A stretch of 64,000 nt of DNA from NCBI GenBank assembly GCA_964057225.1, contig OZ059895.1:13826001-13890000 (forward strand), given 5' to 3'. This stretch comes from Auanema rhodensis (Eukaryota; Animalia; Nematoda). Shown here one piece after another: positions 41,901-55,300 of this stretch; the first letter of the stretch is position 1, and the number at the start of each line of letters is the position of its first letter. Below the pieces are notes generated by a model, which worked only from the letters and a program-made list of their open reading frames with translations, was not told the origin of the DNA and made no database searches. A program made the translations under genes and the position numbers.

Positions 41901-42278
41901 GAAATTTCTTTTTTTACTTTTAAAAGAGAGAGAGAGAGAGATATAGAGAGAGAGATAGAGAGAGAGAGATAGAGAGAGAGAGAAAGTGATGATATCTCTA
42001 GAATATTTTTTTGTTTGATAAACATGTATAGACATTTAATAAAACAATTTGTTATTGTAAGATATAATTAATATACTTGTTATATCTTATATAATATCTA
42101 GTTTTATATAATATTTTCTATTATAATTAATAAACAAACGATTATAATCTGGATTATATGTATATAACATACAAGTTAATATATTTATATTTCTTTTTTT
42201 TTATTTAAGAACGAAAAAAAAACTTACAAAAGGTAAAAATACCAAGATTATAAAGCCCCATTGCCTCCGTCTTTTCAT
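34448..42278 (-). CDS. Large cuticlin-like protein: signal peptide, Pro/Thr/Ser mucin region, VWA, ZP, furin site, TM (DPY-1-like architecture)
   Basis: MKRRRQWGFIILVFLPF|ISC signal and many Thr-rich exons. VWA SDVLFLLDSSSSF...LTGGESDD. ZP CAPDGFK...VHDRTLRTDKDRAFLLQC...PTCTYSIRKDSPDGPVISKATVGQTVYHRWEC...HAFGFKD...FVCKLSLC...PPIC. Then RRSRR and TM ITLGVVALLFLALTVTGLI. Confidence 0.88.
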
Positions 42279-43859
42279 TTTAATTCTGAAATTAAATTAT
42301 AAAAATTATAATTAATAGAAATAGATATAAGAAAAACGATATGTTTACAGTAAAATCGAGAGCGTTGATGAATAATAGAGAAAAAGCCAAAATTAAGCTG
42401 GGCGGAGATACAAGAGAAGGAGTAGTGTTGAATGATCACAAGCGAAGGTAGCTTCTATGAGAAGCCGGAACAGCTCAATCTTGCTATCCAACTGATGGTA
42501 TGTATCCTTCATTTGGATGCTATTTAGCTGGAAATGCTTAAACGAAAAGGTTGATATGAGAAGATTTGAGAGAAATCTATCCGATCATCATCTGTATGCA
42601 GCAGCGGGTTAGCTTTCCCGGGTTTTGATGTGTTCGACACCTGTTCTATCGTTGATCAAATTCCCATATTGGGTTGTTACGATCATTTTCTATTCCTGTG
42701 AAGAGCTTGATGATAGTGACTAACGACTGGCTATCTCATCACAATGCAAAGCTATCATTCGAGATTTAAGGTCTGGCAATACGGATCTCGAGAGATAGAA
42801 AGCTAGACTTGATATGGAAATGAAAAACCAAATTGGAAATTGATTGAATAATAGCTGATTGGATGAAAGAAAATATTTGAAACATTGTCATGAAACATGA
42901 ATCATATGATATTAAACCTATTATAAATGAAGAAGACGAACAAAAATCCCTTAGAAACTGTCATTTTTCCACAAAAAAATTGGATATTTCTCCAGAATCT
43001 TGTAAGAATTGCAATTAACGATACAAGAATACGATGAATATAATGATCAATTGTTCATGTTGAAGACAACGGGATTCCATAGAGTTACGCAAGAGTTGAA
43101 GAAAAAGAGTTTTTTCTTGATTGAATTGTTCATGATGACAAGCTTTTTGGATGAAATATGAAGATAATTCACGTAAAAACTTGAAAATCAATTACAATTT
43201 ATCTCAATGAAATGTTAATTTAAATTTTTTTTTCACTTGAAATGTTAGTAAAATCTCAAAAAGGTTTGTACGGTAAAGAAAGTTGCAAAAACGGTTGAAC
43301 TTGTTTGATATTGGCCATTTCTTCTTGAATCTCATAAGACCTGTCTGGCAAGCGCCTGGGGGGCAAATCTGACGATATGAGGTGAAGTGAAGCAGATGGG
43401 ATGAGTACCGACGACTTGAGAGATGAGATAAAAGGGCGAGAAAATAAGGAGGAAGAGACTTCGTAAGAACTAGCAGTCTTAGCCAGTTTTCCTTTGTTCT
43501 ACCTTTCCAGCTCATACAAATGAAGACATTGAACTCTTGTTCATCCTCTTTACCTCCTTATTTCTCTAAAAAATATAAAAAAATTGGTCTTAAGAGGAAT
43601 TATTCAAATGAGATAAAATATAAATAATTCTAGAATAATCATTGAATAATCAATAAAATAAAAGGAAATATACAGTTGGTATGATGGATTTTCATGATCT
43701 GGTTAGGTTCAGCAGTAACCTGGTCGTAAGCCTTGATTGCATCTATAAGGGGGAGAGAGGGGGGTCAACATAGTCTTACAAGACATCATTACAAGATTGA
43801 TTAGAATGCATCATGTATTATAAATAAAGAAAATTTCTTTGAAAAGTTCAAAAGAATTC

Positions 43860-43924
43860 AAGTTTGAAGTTAAAGTTTGAAGTTAAAGTTTGAAGTTGAA
43901 GTTTGAAGTTGAAGTTTGAAGTTG
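43860..43924. repeat. 13-bp minisatellite (AAGTTTGAAGTTR x5)
   Basis: Read directly from the sequence. Confidence 0.85.
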
Positions 43925-44572
43925 AAAGAAAGAAAGAAAGAATAGAAGAAGATATAACCTTTAGTATTACAAGATTAGAAATGAGAGAAAACATTTGTTC
44001 AAATCATGCTGATAACCTGCCAAACACATTATAAACCATTAAGCATAGTGTATAGCTTAATAGACATAAGGTTAAAATCTGAGTTTGACATGCTTTACAA
44101 GCTATTTATGATTAGAAAATCGTTAATTGAAAGCATTTTTGTAAAAGAAAAACATAATTTATATAATTAGAAATCATTAATGTTTATATATGGAAAGATA
44201 AATAATTTGTTCTTCTTCTTCTTCTTAATTTTTCTTTATAAAAATAAAAAAAAATGAAAAAGAAGAAAAGCTGACGATTGTGAAACATCATTAAATGATT
44301 TGATAAAGATATAGAACTTGTCATCAGTGTAGTTATAACAAGATAATTAGAATGAAAGAAAGCTGGAAAACAGATAAAGTATTATAGTTAATCTAGATAG
44401 TTCTGAATTATATAGAAAAAGAGATAAAAAGACAAAACTGACACCGGAATCACCCTTTATCTCATTCTCTCTCTCTTTTTCTTTCTTTCTCTCTTTCTCT
44501 CTCTCTTCATCAAAGGCTTAATTCTTCTTATCCAACCTAACCCCACCCCCTCTATTTCATAACAACTATCAA

Positions 44573-44630
<58 letters not shown>

Positions 44631-45782
44631 TTATCTCTCACTCTCTTTCCTACTAGAATCGCATTCATTATACCACATTGTAGAATAATGATATGAAAGT
44701 ATTAAAAAGTATTTTTTCTTTCTAAAAGTACTTTCTTTAAGTTTTTTTTTAATGAAATTTCAATATTAATTAAAAGAAAATTAGAAAAACTAGAGGAAAT
44801 GTATGTTGTTGGAAGATGAAATAGGACAAAAAGAGGACAGATAGACCTGATTGATTAACTGAACCATACACAATTATTTCCGAAAAGGTAAGAAGATTTT
44901 AAAGATAATAATGATGAAGATATGAATAAAATAATTATAATATATGAATGAATGAATGAATAAATGAATGAAATATATATAAATTATTATGAAAAAAGAT
45001 TAAATTTTAAGATAAAACTTAACTATACTATGTATCTGTATATCTGTCTATATTCACACAAAAGATTTAAATCTCTTTTCTTTTCAAAATAATGAAAAAC
45101 AAAGATTTTCATAAGATTTTAAGTAAGAAGACGACGAAGAAGATCACGATGAATATCATGTTTTGAAACTATTTTGTTGTTGTTGTTGTTGTTGTTTATT
45201 AAATTTTAATTTGTTTTTAAATTTTTTTATCAAAAAAAGAAAAAAAGAAAATTACATCATAATCTCCATAAATAGTTGCCTTGAACATTAATCTTAATGA
45301 AAGCAATTAATAAAATCAAAAAAGATATTTGAAACTTTCCGGTTTTTTTACTTATAACCTTGCTTATCAAAACGTTTTTTTTAATGAAACTGGTATTATA
45401 AGAATAATATTAAGTTGATAATTAAAAGGAAAAGCTTGAATACTTGATACAAAAAGAAAAAGAAAGAAAAATGAAATTAATAAATTTATTGAAATGAAAA
45501 TGAAATTTTTAAAATAAAAATTATCATTTTATTATAAAAAAAACATTTTTATATATTAATAATATATAATAATAAGAAATAAAAGGAATTTGAATATTTT
45601 TTTCCTAGAAAATCATAAATAAGAATATAATTTGATAAACTAAGAAATGAATGAAGAATGAGGATCATCCTGTTTCAAGGTTAAATCTTAGGCATAAATC
45701 CAAAATAAATAATTAGAAAAGATATAGTATACTATGTATGTATATATTCTATATAACTATATGTATTTATATAATTTAATTA

Positions 45783-46038
45783 AAAACCGTACTGGAAGTC
45801 GAGGCAGTAGAGAATCCCTCTCTTCGATTGGACGATCTAGCGTGGCTTCGTCTCGATTTGGTGTCATGAGAACAGGACTTAGAGCTCCAGTGTTATTAAG
45901 TAGTTCAGGACAAGGAGCAATGCATGACGCTCTGAAAGAAAAAGATAAACACATTGAGCAGATTATAGCCGAACGTGAAATGGAAAAAGCTGAAATAGCT
46001 CAGCTAACTAATAGGTTTGCCATAGTTAAACTTCATTT
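45783..46038 (+). pseudogene. Duplicated fragment of the CLIP gene (inverted copy of 21814-22069)
   Basis: 255 of 256 positions match the reverse complement of 21814-22069 by manual alignment. It includes the exon 3' part, the splice donor and 24 nt of intron. Confidence 0.95.
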
Positions 46039-47850
46039 CAAACGCATGCCCCAGCTATTCCATAGGTGGATCTTGCGACAAGACTCAAAGGTTTGGTATA
46101 CTCGAGTTTGTATCCCCAATAAAGACTAATACAGAGAGAGAGAACCTTCATGCATGTTCCACCTATGTATACTCTATCGCTTAGATAAACCCGGACAATC
46201 AAAACTCATGAAATATTCCATTTGTCAAGTGACGACACATATTAAGATGGATTGTCTAAGAAGAGGAGTCGGGGTTCATGAAGTTGGCGCCAATATGAAG
46301 AAAAGAGATACAACGGAAAAGTTGAAGAAGGTTTTGAGAATTATACAGCTGGATCTTGTAGAACCCACAAAAGATTTTTCCAATCAAGGTTGTGCGGACG
46401 GAAAGTATTAGTTGAAAGTGACACATTCTCAGTACTCGCAGCCTCAATGCTGGAAGATCTAGCAACGGTAGTGATATACTGTAAAACATATTGAAGACAC
46501 AGCCATTTAAACTTTGAAGCATTGTTATAACATACGGTAGATGCAATCTCTTGCATAACGTTCCCTGTGATGTTACCATAGCAAGGTTTTCAAACTACAC
46601 AAGTAAAGATAATAGTTTCAGTGGTCAAAATTGTTTTCTGGAGCTCACATACTAGTATACCAGATGTAGTAGTGAGCTAAGAAGAAGATGTCAGAATATA
46701 CCGTATACTGGTGACCATAGACATAGCTATGATCCGGGTCCAACAACTCGTTGTCCATTAGTTACGCAAGTTGCTAGGTAGGTACACGGATGTTTTAGCA
46801 CATCTGAACAAGATTCTGTCACATCTCTGGCTTATATACATACTGAGGATACCACACAAATCGTTCAACGGGCTCGTCCCGTGACAGTGATAGCACAAAC
46901 GGAATAAACAGACGCGATCACCCTTAGTATTAGCTCGAAAACGGGGCAGCAGTTTACGCATTTCCGTAGAATATATGATGCTTAATCAGGTTATAAATTT
47001 GGATACGTATTCGTTGCCTTCTGTAGAAGTATCAACGACTATCGAGACAGCGTTATTTTTCGTCAATCGATTGTTTTTCGGGCTTTTGGCAAGTATGTTT
47101 GTGGTCCGCCGCATGGGAAAGAACATTCGCAAAGCTTTACGGATTGCTTCTGTTTTTTTTGCATTTCTTTGAAAATTGAAAAATGCAAACTAATGAGGGA
47201 AAATATTGAATAGTTAAGTCATGTGGTCACCACAGTAGGATTGTAGTTGGATGAAAGCAAACGACTGCAGTTGAAGAATTCCTAGTTCCAATGAGAGTTA
47301 CGGAGGTACGATCCTTCGTTCAGATGTTGACCTGTTATAAGAAGTTTGTCAAGCGATTTGCTCTGATCGCAAGTTTGATATATCGGTTGATGCTCCATAA
47401 GAGGCAGTTTATCAACAGAAATAGATCATCACCAGTTCTAATACAACCCGATATAGAATCTGTCTGGGATGGTACTTTACCATTTATAATTTACTCGGAC
47501 ACTACCATAAGCAAACTAAAGCAATACATAGCTAGCAAGGCTTGGATAGGGTTTTACACCCAAATACGTTAAACAAACATGAAAACAACTGTATAATCAG
47601 GGGACTGAGTATTGTACATGTAATACAAAGATTTCACCAACTAATATATGAAAGTTTAAGTGATTATTCGCACAAAACATCAACCGTAATTGGAAATATT
47701 GAGTAGAATAGCATCGTCTAAGATATTAATAGACTTGACTTTCCAACTTTAGATATAGTATATTGAAATAGAAGACGTCAACGGCAAAACGAACATAGTA
47801 TCTGACGGACGCATTCAGCAGATGGCCGATCCAAGAACCGAAGAATAGAC
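46039..47850 (+). mobile_element. Decayed Ty3/Gypsy LTR-retrotransposon internal (pol) fragment, no LTRs seen
   Basis: RT remnants SPLVLARKRGSSLRISVEYMMLNQVINLDTYSLP, NRLFFGL, KCKL..E*LSHVV, FLVPMRVTEVRSF...YKKFVKRFALIA. RNase H remnants SSPVLIQPD...PFIIYSD, LSIVHVIQRFH, IRTKHQP, VNGKTNIVSD. Many stops, frameshifts and deletions. Boundaries are approximate. Confidence 0.88.
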
Positions 47851-48613
47851 AAGAATTACATATTATAAAAATATTTTATTTTTTCAAATAATACGTATAG
47901 TAATCTTAATCTTTATTATTTATATCAAACTTTATTTTAATTTGGAAAATTATTTAATATATTCAAATAAAATAAAATAAAAAATAGATGTTTCCAACAA
48001 TAGAAGTTTATTTCATGGAAATGGATCATCAGTGAACCAAGAGCATCAGAATATCAAACTGAAATGAATGAAAAGCTAAGACAAAGAGAAATCTTTGATA
48101 GCAAAAGTCTTGTAAACTTAAGATTTCAAGTAGAATTCTATTTCCTTCTTCCATCAATTCTTCGTCAGCAACATGTATCTCATCATCTTTCGATTTCCTG
48201 GTATTGTATTCAATAGAATTTTTAGATCATACTGAGGTATATATCTAGAATTTTTTGAAAATATATTTCAAAATATTGAAATTTTAAATTTAAAAAAATT
48301 AATTTTTTTTTGAAATTTTCATTGGAAACGTTTTTAAAAATATTATTAATGAAACTTTTCATCATTTTTCCGATTTAGCTACTGTTTCACATCAAATTTA
48401 TGTTCATTCTTTTTATTTATATAGAAATAGTAATAAAATATTCTTATTATTTATTTGTTTTTTATGAATATTGTATGATATGTTTGGATTGTTACTATAG
48501 TTTACAAAAGAACTTTAGATGATAAGCTAGATAAACAAAACTGATAAATTACTTATATAGAAATGAAAAAAAGAAAGAAAGAAAACGGATTTTCTTCCGT
48601 CTTTCCTACCAAA

Positions 48614-50026
48614 ATGTCTTGGTTATACAAGTTCTTACTTGGATTTGCTATAGGTTTGTATTAACTTATATGTTAAAATCCTTCAGATTTATTCTAAAAT
48701 TTAAATTTTTCTTTATTTTCGAAGATCATTTTAGTTGTTTCGTCGGCTTCGGCTTTTCTATTTTGGCATCGAAATAAGACTTTAATTACAACTAGAACTG
48801 ATTGTGGTAGAACTCCAGTTAGGCCGATGGAGGTAATTTTTTTAATATTCTTCTTGAGACCATTATATTTTCTTTTTTTTTCTATTTAAGAGTCGCATTG
48901 TTGGCGGACAACCAGCTGTACCATATTCTTGGCCATGGCAAGCGGAGATTTGTATGAAAAGCTAGTATTTACATTTATTTTATAAAAAATATTATTTTTT
49001 CATTAAAATGAAAAACGTTTATTTCTATAGTTCCACCTGGAATACAACAAGAACAACTACAAGCAACATGCAAACTTAGATGTGGAGGATCTTTGATTGA
49101 TCAACAATATATTCTAACTGCAGCTCATTGCACGTAATTCTCAAAAATTCCTTTTTTTTTCTTTTCATCAAAATATTTTTTGCAAATTAAATATTTTTTC
49201 TCTTCAATTGCAGCATTGGTGTTGCTGAAACACCAGAAAAGGTTGCTGTCAAATTAGGAACATATGATTTCCGAAATGATAATGAGAATGGAGAAGAATA
49301 TTTAGATGTTGAAAAAATTTATGTTCATCCAGATTTTTCTGATCCATATACATATTCTTATGATGTTTCTCTTTGGAAGGTTTTTTGTCTTCTTCGTTTT
49401 CCTTGATTTATTTTGATTTTGAAGCTTTCGAAGCCTGTAAACTTTACTGAGCATATTCAACCTGTTTGTATTCCGAAAAATCAGGATAAGCTTGTAAAGA
49501 CTGGACGAACAGCTTTTGTTACTGGATGGGGAACAACATCCGGTTTGAATATTCACTAATCAACTAAATTTGAAAATTTGATAATTGTGTAGAAGGTGGA
49601 CCAGCATCTCGTCAGCTTCGTCAAGTATCAGTTCCATTTATTAATATAAATACTTGTAAACGAGAGTACGAAGGCCATTTAGATGAAACAATGCAGTGTG
49701 CTGGAAGAGGTGGTCATGACAGTTGTCAGGTTCTTAAAGCTTTAAAGTTCTAAAGTTTTGCTCATGATTAATGCTTAAGGGAGATTCCGGTGGACCATTA
49801 GTTATGAAGAGAAAAAAGAATGAGGAAAACTGGTATCAAGTTGGTGTAGTGTCATGGGGTGAAGGGTGTGCAGACCGAAAACATGCAGGTTTCTATTCAT
49901 TTTCAAGCATTCTTTCATCTTCTGTATGTATCTCACTCATCTATTTCAGGAGTTTATTCAAAAACTTCAGCTCATTGTAGCTTTTACAAAGAAATTATTG
50001 GACGTGAGATCTGTGTTGATGTTTAA
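48614..50026 (+). CDS. Secreted trypsin-like S1A serine protease
   Basis: Signal peptide, DCG pro-region, R|IVGG...PYSWPWQ, CGGSLI..ILTAAHC (His), YDVSLWKL (Asp), VTGWG, HDSCQGDSGGPL (Ser; Asp in the S1 pocket), [13 protein letters not shown]. Confidence 0.95.
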
Positions 50027-51155
50027 AATTATTTTATTTTATATTTGTAATAATAGAAAAAAATAAATATTATTCTCATTTTACTAAATAAAGAAATTGA
50101 AAAAAATCTTTTGTTTATTCTAAAAAAAAATATTGCCTCGTCTTTTTCTATAAGCACAACATTCATTTCAAAATTTCTTCTGATATTGGTTATGCCTTCC
50201 TCCCCCTCCCCCCCCCCCCCCTCTCTCTTTCTCTCAATTTTTTTTATTTTAAATTATATAAAATTAAATATATTTTATGCAATATTATGTGAGCTTTTAT
50301 AAGAATTCTAAGGATTAATTTGCGTTTCTCCTATTTTCTGAATATAGTTCGATTCTAGAGCAGGTGTATTATCAAGTTTTTTTTAATTTTTTTTCATCCA
50401 ATTATACAAGTAGATTTGTAATATCTAAAGATATTAATGTTTACCTTCTTTCAATAACATTTTCTCTTCTTTCTTTTGTTTTTTATTATTATTTTTTACA
50501 TAATATAAAGAAATAAATTATAAATAGACATTCAATTTTTATATTTTATATATAAAATTACTTTTTTTTTATAAAACCGTTTCGTTATTCACGTGAATAT
50601 GTGAACTAAATTGATTTTCTCAAAAAAAATTGTATTAAGTTTTTGATTTATAGGATATGAAAGTATCACATTAATATTTTGGAAAAGAAAAGGTAGGAAA
50701 AGGAAAATGAACATAATAGAGAAAAGGAAAGAAAGAATGAATGAGGAAAATACATATATCTAGATAGAGAGAGAAAGATATATTGATAAAGAGAGAGAGA
50801 GAGAGAAAGTAGAGAGCAAGAAGGAGAGAGAGAGAGAGAGAGAAAGAGTGGGGGAGTGAAAGAGTAGGAGGGAGAGAGAGAAAGTCTATCTATGAGATTA
50901 ATAGGTGAGACGAGGTAACAAAGTAATAGAATTCTAATTGACTACCAGCCAACAAGCATAACCACACCTTCCAGCATTTCACTTTTTCTGCTTTTTATTT
51001 CTTTCAGCTCTTTTAGTGCGTATCATAATCTTTTTCAACATTTTCTTTATTTAAATTTTAAATTTAACTTTGAATTTTTAATTATATATATCATAAACTA
51101 TGTTCATTTTATAATATATATATATATATGTAGAGAGTAATAGAAGAACAAGAAT

Positions 51156-52353
51156 ATGTTTTCGGAACACAAAAAATGGTCCCAGGGACATAATCAGGTA
51201 TAAAGATACGTCAAGTTTTTCATTTTCTATTTGTATGATTTTGAAGGGAAAAAAGTTTGATACATTAGAGGAAAAAGCTACAAATGGCATTTCACAGATC
51301 AGTCTTAAAGAAGGAAAAGCATTGAAAAGTAATCTTTGACTTCAATATTCTCTCATATCTACATTATTTTTCTTGTTTTCAGAATATACACCTGAATCAA
51401 CTCCGGAGGCAAGATCAGAATATATTTGTCGAAACAAAAATTGAAGAAAGTATTCTTTTCAGAATCGAAAAACATTGAAGAAAGATGGAACAACTTTATC
51501 AGCTTCTCTAATTTTGCGATCAAATTCTAAAAAAGGAGAAGTTCAACGATGTAATAGTGAAGATAAGAAAGATTTGGTTCGCAATTTTCTTACTTTTACA
51601 TGATTTTTAATTTTTGAATATACACATGTATATGAACATCAATTATAAACTAAATTAAAACTTTTTCTTATTAACTATATGAAATTATTCTCCTGGTTAC
51701 CTAAAATAATTATATTTTCATTGATATCTGGTTGATATTGAAATTATTTTAATTAAGAAATTGAAAAACATAATGAGAATATGAAAAACTATTTGAATTA
51801 CTCCCTCATTTAATTATATTTTAAGTTCAGATTATTCTCTATGAAATAGAAAATATAAAAGAAACAAAAGATTTTCATTCGTCATACTTAAACTTTCTTG
51901 AGAATTTCTTGAAACATAAACAATTATTTTCAGGGGAAAGGTCTATTTGAAGCTGCAAGTGTGATACGCAATATCGGTTTGTTACCATTTATGTTACTTT
52001 TTTTTTTTATAAAAAAAAGATATGATTATAATATTTATTTTCTATTAAATTTTTTGATTACAATTTTAAAAAATAAGATAATATTGATTATTCAGTTGAT
52101 ATTACAAAGGATTCTACAATGAAAAATGGACAGAATAATGAACGAAACTCTCCATTGGAAACAAAATTTCATGCCAAACCTAATAAAAGTGCAAGTAAAT
52201 GTATGTTTCTTGTTTTCTTTTTTTTAATAACAAAAAAAAAACAAATAAATTTAATGTTTAGTAAGTCTTGGTTCATCACAATCTGGTCCTTTTGCTGCTT
52301 TAAAAGAAAATGCTGAAAAGAAAAAGAAAAGTGTTGACGATGGAGATGAATAG
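51156..52353 (+). CDS. Orphan small Lys/Ser-rich hydrophilic protein (5' end uncertain)
   Basis: Exons EKATNGISQISLKEGKALK|KYTPESTPE|NRKTLKKDGTTLSASL...KKDL|GKGLFEAASVIRNI|VDITKDST...SASK|LSLGSSQSGPFAALKENAEKKKKSVDDGDE* join in frame (one GC-AG intron). The first exon and start codon are a guess. Confidence 0.55.
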
Positions 52354-55300
52354 GTTTAACTACACAAGACCATCACTAATGTTTCTCTCTAATTATTTTA
52401 TTAATGATTCTATTCAACAAACAAACAAGCAATTAAAGTTCTTTTTTATGTAAAAATGTAATTTCATTTCCTTTTTTTTTCTTTTTCATTTGAATAAGCT
52501 TTGATTTTTCGATCTACTATTCATAGAAAGCCTTTAAAATTTCTCCATTTGCCAATTAGTTATGATAATTTAATTCTTAAAATCAAACTTATTAAGTTTC
52601 AAATCCTATAAATAATCCTAAACTTACTTGAATTATCTAATATATAACTATTATAACCAAAAATATATTGCAATATATAATGATTTTATAAGAATTGCTT
52701 ATTTAATGATAAAATATCAAAATAATTCATATATTATAATTCGCTTTGCTTTGTTTGTATTCATCTTTTCTAAATAATTTTTCATTTTTCTTTGTTATTT
52801 TTTAAAATTTTTAATTCTTAGGCTAAATCTAAATTCTTTAAATACCAATATTTTATGATTATATTTATAATATTTATGTGTTTATGTATGTAGTTTGTAA
52901 GAAAAGATTGATTACGTGAACATTTACGTGAGATTTACGTGTAATTTTCATAAAAATTTGCATACATTTGAATTAAAAGTTTGTTATTATCTAAAAGCAA
53001 AAACAAAATTTATAATGAAATATGATATATGACATATGATATTCAAACATAAGACTATTTTCTAAAATCTCTAATCAATTCAAACTTAAATACTTCCAGA
53101 AAACTTTAAATCAACATCAAGCATTACTGAATTTTACTTATTTTATGAATATATATATATATATATAACATATAATATAGTATGTAGTATGTATAAGATG
53201 TTAGAAGAAATATTCAAACTGGAATTAAGCTCTGTAAAACTAGATGTGAGCAAATGAAAACATAAAGTTTTATCATTAAACGATAAAATATTTTTGTCTG
53301 ATTTCATTTAAATGTTTCAAACTTTAAACAAAAACTATAAATATACAAATTCATATATTCAAATAGATATGTGTGGCACATAAGGATCATTTTTTTTTTG
53401 ATTGAAGAGCATATGTGTGGGATATATTTGATTAACAAACGACAGATCTACGACCACCTGCATTCTTTAATCATTTTAGACAAGAAATATTTATAATGAA
53501 CTGTTTGGATTGAATAACATATAACTAGAAATGACATAGAATTCACGTTTTGTACATTTGTATCTGCCTTAATCTGATTATCGCCCAGACTTACGACATT
53601 GCTTCATGAATATTGGCACTTCTGTCCTTTCATATTATCGTTTCTAATCTACATAAAGACTTTGACTTTCTCTAATTAGAAAATCTTTAAAGTGTTGTCA
53701 TTCAATGTGCATCTGTATAAACAGTTTGTTGTTATGACATTGCGGTTATTTTAGAGCAAAGTAGCTAAAATAAACAAAACAGCTTGACACCTAAATAGCT
53801 GAACAATCTATGCTGGCATCTCACAATATTCTGTTAGTTATCATTATTTTATGTGATTTTTGATGTGTTTATACATATATCTAAGTATATAACCATTTTT
53901 TATCTATATATTATGTACGATTAGGAATATATACATACATATATTTCAAATAATTAATTGTTATTTGAATTTCAGAACTAGTTCCTTATATTATTATCAA
54001 GACGTAACTAGATTCCAGGCATTTCACTGCTCAAATATGCCTGCTATTCAACCATTTTTTTTTTACAATCTTCAATTCAGTCTCCGAAGTTTTCATCTTC
54101 ACAATATTTTTTGGACCATTTATTCGTTTAGTCTTGCTTTAATTGGTCATCTTTGCCATGAACTAATAACACGAAGAAAGTTTTTATATCAAATATTTCC
54201 TGTCCCTTTTTTTTCTGCGCGATCGTCAATATAGATAGAAACGATTAAGAGGCCAATAAATTTCTTGGGTAACCAGCTTGCTTACAGAGTATCAAACAAA
54301 AATAATTGTAGAAATAATGCTAAAAGTCACATGTAACTTGTAACTTTTTATCGTTGTTGACACGATGAAATACTCAACTTCCTTTTCAATTAGTCCTTTA
54401 TTACTCTGCTAAACAATGTTCATTTAAAGATGTAAAAGATAATGAATAAATCTTAAATACCTCTTCTTTCATATATATGTCGTACATAGATCTATGCGTT
54501 TTTTGCTTTTAACTTTCTATTCTCTTTTACGGTATATAAACAATGACACAAATCACTGAAGATGTCATCCGTCAAATAGGTGTGCGCGAAAAAAAACATT
54601 GAAAAATCTGAAGGTTTTGATAAGAAGATGAATCGCATTTGAACTTTAGACCTAGATTTATGAACTATAATTCTTTTTTTTCACTTCTCACTTCTTTAAT
54701 TTTCATTTTCTATCTTACCTTCCAAGATGGTTCAGCTAATATTATAATCAACAGGAAACCAATACACTATGACTATCAGCATCGACCTGCCAGAATCACT
54801 AAGATTCTTGTCTGTAATCTTGCTTTAATTAGAATTTCCAGTTTTCGTAACCTCGATCACATGCCTAATGGGCATCATAATGAACAACTTTATGCCCCCA
54901 TAGTCGTTTTCTATATAATTCTTATATTGCTTAACTAACTAATTTTCGGTTAAATTGCTATGTGTAAATAAAGATTATAATCTTGCTCACTTTAGGATAT
55001 CTTGAAAGCAGCAGCTGCTGCAACCTGGACCGTCATGGAATTATTCCAACGGTCCTTCGACTACAGCGATTTCCTACCGATATTTAGTGATGAGGTCGTA
55101 ATGCATTTTCAAAATCAAACTATGACTTGGGAAGAACCAAAGGAGTACGTTCTACCTATTTATGAAAACATCAGATAAGAAAATGAACTAAATTACTTAT
55201 AAGATAGCAGTAGATTAGATTCCTTTTCTCGAAGCAAATTGGAACAGCTGTATTTTCGTTAGAAAGGTAGCTTCCAACGGCAATTTGCGTACCACGTGAT

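Noticed and set aside
21814-46038. Inverted duplicate pair as breakpoints of a 24-kb inversion or ends of a large transposon
   Set aside because: The CLIP gene reads intact through the source copy on both sides, and no target-site duplication was seen.
47988-48240. Exon-like, less AT-rich patch after the Gypsy remnant
   Set aside because: No linkable upstream exon and no recognisable product.
54543-55178. Possible small gene (MTQITEDVIRQI... / DILKAAAAATW...)
   Set aside because: Exon phases are ambiguous and two frames are equally plausible. Insufficient support.
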